The notes under the pieces were generated by a model. It worked only from the letters and a program-made list of their open reading frames with translations, searched no databases and was not told the origin of the DNA. The position numbers and the translations under genes are program-made. This document shows positions 56,876 through 64,000 of a DNA stretch of 64,000 bases, piece after piece (positions within the stretch are counted from its first letter, which is position 1; every line of letters starts with the position of its first letter). Source of the DNA: Acidimicrobiales bacterium (GTDB lineage Bacteria > Actinomycetota > Acidimicrobiia > Acidimicrobiales > Aldehydirespiratoraceae); NCBI GenBank assembly GCA_029263175.1, contig JAJCXZ010000081.1, positions 2,851 to 66,850 on the forward strand, written 5' to 3'.

Positions 56876-59757
56876 CGGGGCAGCGACGCGAGAATGCGGA
56901 GGCGTTCCAGCGACCCGAAGACGGCGTCACCGGGGGTGCCCTCGCCCGTCCCCGGGTTGTCGAGCGCATCCGCGCCGAGCTCGTGACGAATCGCACTGGC
57001 GGCGGCAGTGAGTCGGCCGACGTCGGCCGACCCTTCTGCAGGGTCGTAGGTTCCGCTCGCGTACACGGCTGTCAGGAGCCGAGCAGCCTCGTCGAACTCA
57101 CCGAGCCGGACAAACAGATCCACGACCGTGCGGGCGGCGATCCAGATCTGTACCCATGCCCCGGACTCACGCCAGAAGTCGAGTCGGGACAGCAATGTCG
57201 GGATGGCGCTGTGCGGGTCGCCGTGGCGGATCTCGAGGCCGCAAAATGTCAAGTCGCTCACGCCGGCGATGAAGTGGGCACCTTGTTGGTTGGCGACCCG
57301 CGTCGCCCGCCTCAGCGAGCGGAGTGCCCGGTCCGGGTCCGACTCGCTGAAGGCTTCGCCTTCCGCATAGTCGATCCACGCGAGAAACAGTGAGTCTGGA
57401 TCGGCCAGCGTCCGGGCTTCGCTCAGTGCGGCATCAGCTTCATCGAGGTCGCCGTTGTAGCCGGCAATCATTGCGTAGTCGGCCAGGTCGGTGACCAGAC
57501 GCGCCGGGTCGTTCATCCGGCGAGCGATGTTTGTCGCCTCAAGGAAGAGATCCGTTGCGAGTTGGCGATTGCCCGCAAAATTTTCGATATCTGCCATCGA
57601 GGTCATCGCGCCATGACCGGCATCGATGGTCAGCGAGGTGGCGCCGACATGTTCCGCTTGCATGGCGAATCTCGTTGCTCGGTCGAGGTCGCCCGCCTGC
57701 CATGAGCCGATCGAGGCGGATGCGAGCACGGACTCGGCGTGCTCGGCGCCGACATCGCCGAATCGCTCAGCGGTCTCCATGATCCACCCGAACATCTCGC
57801 CTTGGGCGTGGAAGAGGGCGGGATAGTGAAGACAGTGCGCGAGGAGAAGCGCGGCTCCCGCATCGCTGTTTCGAAGAAGTCGTTGGTGAGCGAGTCGAAT
57901 CTCATCATGGATCTCCATGACGGTGCGAACCATCTCGCCCTCGGCGGCGGTGGTGAAGGCCGCATACGCAGCCTCGACCTGGTGAAGCACCCAGCGGCTA
58001 TGGCGATCACGCGCTTCGTCCTCCGCATCCTGGTTGGAGAGCGCCTCTCGGGCGACCAGCCTGATCGTCTCCAGGAATGAATACCTCTGGCCCCGGCCGG
58101 GCTCAGCGGTTGTGGTGAGCAGCGAACGGTCAGCGAGGTCCATCAGTGCGTTGGCGATGTTGGTGGTGGTCGGTGCTGCGACAGCAGCGGCGTCCGCAGC
58201 CGTGAACGAACCGGCGAAGACCGACGTTTGCAGCAAGATGGCGAGGAGATCAGGTTCGAGGTCTCGTAACGACCAGTCCACAAGCGCCGCCAACGATCGA
58301 TGTCGCTCGTCAGCGGTTCGTCGGCCCCGAGACAACAAGCCCAGCGTCTCGTCGAGGCCGGCAGAGATCTGGTCGATCGTCATCGTCGAGGCGCGAGCAG
58401 CGGCCAGTTCGATCGCGAGCGGTAGCCCGTCGAGTTCCCGGCAGATCTGCGCTGCTGTCTCCTTCGTGTCCACGTCGAAGCTCAGTCCAATCGCTGACAT
58501 CGTCGCGCGTTCCATGAACAACTCGACTGCTTCGTGGTCGGTCGAGAGCGGGTCAAGCCGGAGGAGTCGCTCCGCGTCGATGTTCAACGGTTCCCTCGAT
58601 GTGGCCAGGATTCGAAGACGCGGCGCACTCCTGATCACGGCATCCGCGAACCGCGCGACTGCGTCGATCAGGTGCTCACAGTTGTCGAGAACCAGGAGGA
58701 GCGGCCGGCTGGCCGCGGTCTCGATCACCCGGTCGGTCCACGACACGTCTACTTGTGGTGACAGCTTGAGAGCGTTGGCGACGAACTCCGCCACCTGCGT
58801 CGGATCACGTAGAGGGGCCAGCTCGATGAATACGGCACCTTGCGCGGCATCGATCAGCCTGAGGGCTTCGAGGGCCAGTCGAGTCTTCCCCACACCGCCA
58901 GGGCCAACGACCGTGAGGATGCGGCTCGACTCCAGCGCCGCCCCGACCTCGCCGACCTCCTTGGCGCGGCCGAGAAACGATGAAGCCGGCAGCGGGAGCG
59001 GAGTGGGGGTGCTCACAGGGTCTCCCGCTTCCCGCGGTCGGGCGGGGGCAGCATGCTCGCCCAAGATGATGGCTGTCTCGAGCTCGCGGAGTCGGTCGCT
59101 CGGCTCGAGGCCGAACTCCTCGATCAGTGACTGGCGATACTCCGAATAGACCGCGAGCGCCCGGGTCTGGTCTCCAGCGATGGAACGGGCGATCATCAGC
59201 ATGTGAATGGTTGTCTCGCGGAAGGGGTCGATTGCGCGAGTGCCTTCGAGTTCGGCGAGCGCCTCAGGGATTCGATCGAGCGTCACGAGTTCCTCGGCAC
59301 GCAGGTCCTGCAAGGCGATGAGCGTTTCGCCCAGGCGGAGCTCAGCGGCAGTGGCATGCGGGTCATCGAGCTCGCGGAAAGGGGCACCGCGCCAAAGGGC
59401 GATGGCGTCGTCGATGGTGCGGAGTCGCTCGCCCACCGGGGTCGCCGGGATGGCCGAATACAGCGCTTCGAAGAGAGCGATGTCCAGTGCGCCGACGGGA
59501 GTGGCGAGGCGGTAGCCGGCGCCGACCGGGACGACACTCGCCTCGGCAGGGAGAATCTTGCGAAGACGAGAGACATGGTTCTGCAGCGACGCTGTGGGAT
59601 TCTCGGGCTGATCGGTGCCCCAGATGAGGTCGACAAGTCGTTCGGTGGAGACGACACGGCCTCGGTCCAAAGCGAGTGCCGTGATCAGAACGCGCTGCGC
59701 TTTGCTGCGGAGCGGGCCACGTCCGTCGATCGCCGGCTCACCGAGCACTCGGATCAT
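56872..59757 (-). CDS. AfsR/SARP-type regulator (winged-helix + BTAD + NB-ARC ATPase + TPR)
   Basis: Start ATG 59757 (MIRVLGEPAIDG...); LWRGAPF, P-loop GPGGVGKTRLA, C-terminal TPR-like repeats. Confidence 0.85.
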   Translation of the reverse strand: MIRVLGEPAIDGRGPLRSKAQRVLITALALDRGRVVSTERLVDLIWGTDQPENPTASLQNHVSRLRKILPAEASVVPVGAGYRLATPVGALDIALFEALYSAIPATPVGERLRTIDDAIALWRGAPFRELDDPHATAAELRLGETLIALQDLRAEELVTLDRIPEALAELEGTRAIDPFRETTIHMLMIARSIAGDQTRALAVYSEYRQSLIEEFGLEPSDRLRELETAIILGEHAAPARPREAGDPVSTPTPLPLPASSFLGRAKEVGEVGAALESSRILTVVGPGGVGKTRLALEALRLIDAAQGAVFIELAPLRDPTQVAEFVANALKLSPQVDVSWTDRVIETAASRPLLLVLDNCEHLIDAVARFADAVIRSAPRLRILATSREPLNIDAERLLRLDPLSTDHEAVELFMERATMSAIGLSFDVDTKETAAQICRELDGLPLAIELAAARASTMTIDQISAGLDETLGLLSRGRRTADERHRSLAALVDWSLRDLEPDLLAILLQTSVFAGSFTAADAAAVAAPTTTNIANALMDLADRSLLTTTAEPGRGQRYSFLETIRLVAREALSNQDAEDEARDRHSRWVLHQVEAAYAAFTTAAEGEMVRTVMEIHDEIRLAHQRLLRNSDAGAALLLAHCLHYPALFHAQGEMFGWIMETAERFGDVGAEHAESVLASASIGSWQAGDLDRATRFAMQAEHVGATSLTIDAGHGAMTSMADIENFAGNRQLATDLFLEATNIARRMNDPARLVTDLADYAMIAGYNGDLDEADAALSEARTLADPDSLFLAWIDYAEGEAFSESDPDRALRSLRRATRVANQQGAHFIAGVSDLTFCGLEIRHGDPHSAIPTLLSRLDFWRESGAWVQIWIAARTVVDLFVRLGEFDEAARLLTAVYASGTYDPAEGSADVGRLTAAASAIRHELGADALDNPGTGEGTPGDAVFGSLERLRILASLPR

Positions 59758-59804
59758 GCCGGGAGTCTTCCAGGCGGGTCGACCTCGAGCCAGAACTGGT
59801 TCAT
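59754..59804 (-). other. 16-codon upstream ORF overlapping the SARP start (relic of the TPR gene 5' end)
   Basis: ATGAACCAGTTCTGGCTCGAG... = MNQFWLEVDPPGRLPA*, stop overlaps regulator ATG (ATGA); first codons parallel MDRFDL of the TPR gene. Confidence 0.3.
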
Positions 59805-59828
59805 CGCCCGCTGACCCTACAGCTCGAC
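59798..59828. repeat. direct repeat copy B (covers the MOSC gene stop)
   Basis: GGTTCATCGCCCGCTGACCCTACAGCTCGAC; contains the TAG stop of the MOSC gene (59817..59819). Confidence 0.8.
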
Positions 59829-60245
59829 GGGATCGCCGATCTTGACCGAACCACCGCGGAGCACGCGGCAGATGACACCGGCTCGCCGGCGAAGCGCGTC
59901 TTTGGCTCCCCGTCCGAGTCCGTCTTCGAGAAGCTTGCACGGCGCCGCGATACGCACCACTTCGAGTTCGACCCCCGCGATCGACCAGCGATGACCGGGT
60001 GTGGTGGGGACCGGGCCGACATCGATGGTGATGTTTCGTCGCGTTCGCAGCGGATCGATCGTCGAGCCGAACATCTCGGTTGCCTCAGCCAACTCTGATG
60101 CGCTCTGCACGCTCACCTGGCGGTGGCGCGTCCCGTGATAGCGGTCACCGATGATTCCGGCCGCCATCTCGATCTCGATTCGGTCGACGGCGACCATGCC
60201 GAGCTTCGCCGCCTTCGCGATCTGAAGGCCCGAGACGCGAGGCAT
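59817..60245 (-). CDS. MOSC domain-containing protein
   Basis: Start ATG 60245 overlapping sufU stop; GDRYHG, RRNITI and conserved Cys (AAPCKLL) of MOSC domains. Confidence 0.75.
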   Translation of the reverse strand: MPRVSGLQIAKAAKLGMVAVDRIEIEMAAGIIGDRYHGTRHRQVSVQSASELAEATEMFGSTIDPLRTRRNITIDVGPVPTTPGHRWSIAGVELEVVRIAAPCKLLEDGLGRGAKDALRRRAGVICRVLRGGSVKIGDPVEL

Positions 60246-60742
60246 CAGGTGATCGGGGAGGCCTCGTCGAGGGCCTGGGCCAGGGTGTTCCAGCCGAGCG
60301 TGGCGCACTTGATGCGCACTGGGAACTTCACAACACCCTTGAGCGCTTCGAGGTCGCCGAGCTTCGTGTCGCCGGAGTCGATGCTGAGTTCGATGCCCAT
60401 GTCGGCTTCGCTGCCGTCGCCACCGATCTCACCCTCGTGGATCGACATCAGGCCCTTGAACGCGCCGATCAGGCGACGGGCGTAGGGGACGGTCTGACCC
60501 TTGACCGCAGCTGACATCATCGATGCCGAGGACTGACTGATCGAGCAACCCTGACCGCCGATGGCGATGTCGGTGATGAGGCCGTCGTCATCGACATCGA
60601 TGTAGACGATGATCTCGTCACCACAGAGCGGGTTGAAGCCCTCGGTCTTCACCGCGGGCGGCGACTCCAGCTCGCCGCGGTTTCGTGGCGAGCGGTAGTG
60701 ATCGAGAATGATCTCGCGGTAGAGGTCTTCGAGGCCGGGCAT
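60245..60742 (-). CDS. sufU: SUF-system Fe-S scaffold/sulfur acceptor SufU (NifU/IscU-like)
   Basis: NPLCGDE, GQGCSISQSSASMM, IKCATLGW cysteine motifs. Confidence 0.9.
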   Translation of the reverse strand: MPGLEDLYREIILDHYRSPRNRGELESPPAVKTEGFNPLCGDEIIVYIDVDDDGLITDIAIGGQGCSISQSSASMMSAAVKGQTVPYARRLIGAFKGLMSIHEGEIGGDGSEADMGIELSIDSGDTKLGDLEALKGVVKFPVRIKCATLGWNTLAQALDEASPIT

Positions 60743-60757
60743 AAGGGTTGCTGGTCC

Positions 60758-61987
60758 TTAGAACGAGAAGATGTCGGACGCCTCGGTGAGCGTCTCAGCG
60801 AGCAGATCGATGTCGGATTCGTCGTTGTAGATGTAGAGCGACACGCGGCTGGTGGCGGGCACTCCGAGAGTCCGCAGCAACGGCTTGGCACAGTGGTGGC
60901 CGGCCCGCACACAGATGCCCTTCTGGTCGAGGACCTGGGCGACATCGTGGGGATGGACCTGGTCGTAGACGAACGACAACACGCCGCCGCGCTCGGCCGG
61001 CTCGGACGGGCCATGAATGGTGATCTTGTCGCCGTGACGCTCTTTGAGAGTGCGCAGGGCGTAGGCGGTCAGTTCGACTTCGTGCTTGCGCACTTCGTCC
61101 ATGCCGATCTCGTTGAGGTAGTCGATCGCGGCGGCAAGACCGACAGCTTCAGCGACCATTGGAGTGCCGGCTTCGAACTTCCACGGGACTTCGTTGGTGG
61201 TGAAGCCTTCCTTGGTGACGTTGAGGATCATCTCGCCGCCGCCGAGGAATGGAGGCATGGCCTCGAGGATCTCCTCACGAGCCCACAACACACCGATACC
61301 CATCGGGCCGAGCATCTTGTGGCCGGTGAAGATGAGGAAGTCGGCGCCCATCGCTTGCACGTCGGTTGCCAGGTGGGGCACGTATTGGCTGCCGTCCACC
61401 GCGATCAATGCCCCGTGGGCGTGCGCGGCTTCGGCGAGGCGATGGATCGGGTTGAGCGTGCCGAGCACATTGCTCATGGCAGTGATCGACAGGAGCTTGG
61501 CGCCGTCGAGCAATTCGTCGAGATTGCTGAGATCGAGGTGGCCATCGTCCTTGACGGAGATCCAGCGGAGCTCGAAACCCTTCTCGGAAGCAAGCATGTG
61601 CCAGGGGACGATGTTGGCGTGATGTTCCATCTCGGAGATGACGACCGCATCGCCTTCGCCGAGGTTCGCTCCACCCCATGAGCGAGCCACCAGGTTCAGG
61701 GCCTCGGTGGCGTTCTTGGTGAAGACGACTTCTATTGAAGACGGAGCGTTGATGAAAGCGGCGACCTTCTGGCGGGCGCCTTCGATTGCGTCGGTTGCCT
61801 TGACCGCGATGTCGTACGAACCACGGTGCACATTGGCGTTGATGGTCTCGTAGTAGTTCGACATGGCGTCGATTACCCGCTGCGGTTTTTGTGACGTGTT
61901 GCCCGAGTCGAGATAGACCAGGGGTGCGCCGTTCGCGGTCTGCTTGAGCACGGGGAAATCGGCCTTGATCGCCGCCCAGTCGGTCAT
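60758..61987 (-). CDS. sufS: cysteine desulfurase SufS (group II)
   Basis: HHANIVPW, FTGHKMLGPMG (PLP lysine), RAGHHCA active-site loop. Confidence 0.95.
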   Translation of the reverse strand: MTDWAAIKADFPVLKQTANGAPLVYLDSGNTSQKPQRVIDAMSNYYETINANVHRGSYDIAVKATDAIEGARQKVAAFINAPSSIEVVFTKNATEALNLVARSWGGANLGEGDAVVISEMEHHANIVPWHMLASEKGFELRWISVKDDGHLDLSNLDELLDGAKLLSITAMSNVLGTLNPIHRLAEAAHAHGALIAVDGSQYVPHLATDVQAMGADFLIFTGHKMLGPMGIGVLWAREEILEAMPPFLGGGEMILNVTKEGFTTNEVPWKFEAGTPMVAEAVGLAAAIDYLNEIGMDEVRKHEVELTAYALRTLKERHGDKITIHGPSEPAERGGVLSFVYDQVHPHDVAQVLDQKGICVRAGHHCAKPLLRTLGVPATSRVSLYIYNDESDIDLLAETLTEASDIFSF

Positions 61988-62745
61988 GCCGTGACTCCGA
62001 AGCGTTCGTAGCCCTCCCGCTCCAGCTGCTTCGCGAGTTCGGCGTCGCCGGATTCGACGATTCGACCGTCGATGATCACGTGAACCTGGTCGGGCTGCAG
62101 CTCATCGAGGAGGCGCTGGTAGTGGGTGATGGCGAGGACGCCCAGTTCAGGACGATCGCGGCGGACTTCCTGCACACCGCGGCTGACAACCCGAAGGGCA
62201 TCGATGTCGAGGCCGGAGTCGGTCTCGTCGAGGATGGCCATCTCGGGTTCGAGGATTGCCATCTGGAGGATTTCGTTGCGCTTCTTCTCGCCGCCGGAGA
62301 AGCCCTCGTTGAGGTAGCGATCGGCGAAGGATGCGTCCATCTCCAAACGTTCCATCCACTCCATGATGGCGAGACGCAGCTCGAGCACCGACAGGTCGAT
62401 GCCCTTGCGGGCCGACAGTGATTGGCGCAGGAAGTTGAGAACAGAGACGCCGGGGATCTCCTGGGGGTACTGGAAGGCCAGGAAGATGCCGGCTTTGCCG
62501 CGCACATCGGCGGGCCAGTCGGTGACGTCCTCACCACGGAAGTGGATCGAGCCCGCGGTGACCTCGTACTCGGGGCTGCCGAGGAGGACGCTGGCAAGCG
62601 TGGACTTCCCGCTGCCGTTGGGGCCCATAAGGGCGTGGACTTCACCGATGCCGACCGTGAGATCGACACCTTTCAGGATCTCGTCGCCGCCTTCGACAGT
62701 GCTGGCGTGCAGACCCTTGATTTCGAACAGGGGAGCCTCGGACAT
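61984..62745 (-). CDS. sufC: Fe-S cluster assembly ATPase SufC (copy 2)
   Basis: GPNGSGKST, FSGGEKKRNE, AILDETDSGLD, ITHY; by eye roughly half the residues match copy 1. Confidence 0.9.
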   Translation of the reverse strand: MSEAPLFEIKGLHASTVEGGDEILKGVDLTVGIGEVHALMGPNGSGKSTLASVLLGSPEYEVTAGSIHFRGEDVTDWPADVRGKAGIFLAFQYPQEIPGVSVLNFLRQSLSARKGIDLSVLELRLAIMEWMERLEMDASFADRYLNEGFSGGEKKRNEILQMAILEPEMAILDETDSGLDIDALRVVSRGVQEVRRDRPELGVLAITHYQRLLDELQPDQVHVIIDGRIVESGDAELAKQLEREGYERFGVTA

Positions 62746-62791
62746 ACGGAAAGTCTATGCACCCTCCCGGGTTTGTCCTACCGGCGTAGTG

Positions 62792-63679
62792 CTAATTCAT
62801 CGAGGTCGGCGTGGCGTACCGTGCGGGTCGACGAGCCGTGTAGAGAAATCGGGCCAGGAGTCCGTCGTCGAGGCCGGCGAGAGTGCGTCGTCGGCTGTCG
62901 AGTCGATCGTCGTACATCTCGTCGCCCATGGACGTCCGTAGCGACCCTTCGTGCCGTGCGCCGGCGTCGATCCAACGCTGTTGCGTTGCCCGATACTCGG
63001 CAGTCACGTCGGTGGCGCTGACGCTCTCAAGCCCCGCGGATCGCATCATGCTCTGGTAGCTGGTTCGCACCGCACCGCTGCCGGGCCCTGCCGCGTTGGC
63101 GCGCCGACGATCGTTTCCGGAGAGGCCAGGTGTGGGCTGGATGGTGAAGAACGCCACGCGTCCGCCCGGCTTGAGAATCCCTCTGCATGCACTCAACACG
63201 GAGTGCTTGCGGCGAATTCAACACAAGAGGTCGCCGTGAGTAACCGCATCAACCGACCCACGACGAATCGGAATCAACTCGGCATCGCCCCGTATCGCAG
63301 CCGATGGGGTCGCGAGCCTGTCCTCTCTCAACCGGGCGCTTGTAGTGGCGCAGCCTTCTGAGACCGGATCGATGCTGATCACTGCACAGCCTGTGGTCTT
63401 CGCGAGATGCAGGCCGGGCCAGCCGCAGCCCGAGCCCAGGTCGACGAGCACCTTGCCCGGTCCGAGCTGAAGCAGATCGCTCAGCAGGTCGGCCTGCGCC
63501 ATCGTGGTGTAGCCGTTGGCCCGATAGTCGCTGCCGAGTGTTTCGAACTCGGTCGCCATCTCCGCCGCCGTCCCGATGAGGCTGTATCGCTCGGCGAAAC
63601 GCTCGGGATCATCCGCGGCGAACGTTCGCACTACGCCGCCGGGTTTGCGAGCAACGGCCAAGGGCGATGCCGTTCCCAT
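62792..63679 (-). CDS. class I SAM-dependent methyltransferase, candidate selenoprotein (C-U dipeptide, in-frame TGA at 63218..63220)
   Basis: ORFs 63218..63679 and 62792..63199 share a frame. Joined product reads VLVDLGSGCGWPG...SVDAVTHGDLLC-U-IRRKHSVLSACRGILKPGGRVAFFTI, restoring motif I through post-II of one methyltransferase. SECIS-like hairpin at 11 nt. Start uncertain. Confidence 0.55.
63185..63210 (-). promoter_or_regulatory. putative bacterial SECIS hairpin (methyltransferase gene)
   Basis: mRNA GCA-A-GCACUC-CGUGUU-GAGUGC-A-UGC; upper stem begins at nt 12 after UGA. Confidence 0.5.
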
Positions 63680-64000
63680 GCCAAGCCGAGATCCAGGAGC
63701 AGATCCTCTCGATGGTGGGGGGCGAGCACTTGGAGGCTCACGGGCAGCCCGTCACTGGCCAGACCGGCCGGTAGCGCCGCAGCGGGGTTGCCGAAGATGT
63801 TGGATGGCGCGGTCAGGGCGCCGTTGTTGCTCGAGTGGGCCTCGACCCCCTCGAACACGCTGGGAAGATGGCCTTCGGCATTGAAGGCAGTGGCAGGGTT
63901 CGTGGCGGCGAGGATGATGTCGGCATCAGCGAACATGGCGGCCATCGCCTTGTTGAGTTCGACCCGCCGGGTCTCGGCCTTCACCATGGCATCGAGGTCG
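63631..64000 (-). CDS. amidase family protein, C-terminal part (gene continues beyond the window)
   Basis: Frame stays open to position 64000; ...ILAATNPATAFNAEG...GNPAAALPAG...LPVSLQVLAPHHRED typical amidase-signature-family C-terminus. Confidence 0.65.
   Translation of the reverse strand, partial: DLDAMVKAETRRVELNKAMAAMFADADIILAATNPATAFNAEGHLPSVFEGVEAHSSNNGALTAPSNIFGNPAAALPAGLASDGLPVSLQVLAPHHREDLLLDLGLAWERHRPWPLLANPAA

Noticed and set aside
58034-59149. 371-aa plus-strand ORF
   Set aside because: Antisense to the SARP/NB-ARC regulator; Ser/Ala/Arg-rich with no motifs.

Overview
This is a GC-rich, gene-dense chromosomal segment of actinobacterial type. The lineage is inferred from gene content only: F420/LLM oxidoreductases, a SARP/AfsR regulator, a suf operon with an embedded Rieske gene, and DUF1800/DUF1501 pairs. 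I support about 65 protein-coding genes, mostly core and accessory metabolism. They include L-carnitine-dehydrogenase-like, PhyH dioxygenases, a CoA-transferase, xylulokinase, an aromatic amino-acid decarboxylase, a BVMO, CBS plus cystathionine gamma-lyase, a ba3-type oxidase cluster, class I fumarase, CapA, an acyl-CoA dehydrogenase, a GGDEF-EAL protein, a MutY-like glycosylase, an ABC-F ATPase and a split suf Fe-S assembly locus. I saw no rRNA, tRNA or CRISPR array. Many long ORFs in the track are antisense or off-frame artefacts of high GC content. Main hunt results follow. (1) Three genes are each split in the ORF track by one in-frame TGA: a SelW/Rdx-like protein with CVP-U, a UGSC-motif protein, and a class I SAM methyltransferase with a Cys-Sec (C-U) dipeptide. 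In all three the mRNA can form a 17-19 nt hairpin starting exactly 11 nt 3' of the UGA with GUG in the apical loop. That is the canonical bacterial SECIS geometry, so this organism very likely decodes selenocysteine. (2) A conserved palindromic REP-like element occurs six times at gene 3' ends. Two copies bracket an IS200/Y1-type (RAYT-like) transposase gene, and several REP arms supply the TAA stop codons of neighbouring genes. (3) The suf locus is interrupted and rearranged. A REP-bracketed segment lies between sufB and sufD, and a second divergent sufC-sufS-sufU-MOSC operon sits inverted about 10 kb away, directly downstream of the candidate Sec-methyltransferase. (4) A 31-nt direct repeat (about 47 nt with mismatches) flanks a 4.85-kb three-gene cassette (homocysteine methyltransferase, PhyH dioxygenase, SARP regulator). 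It left a 16-codon relic uORF fused to the regulator start. All functional calls come from reading the translated sequence and motifs only; no database search was run.
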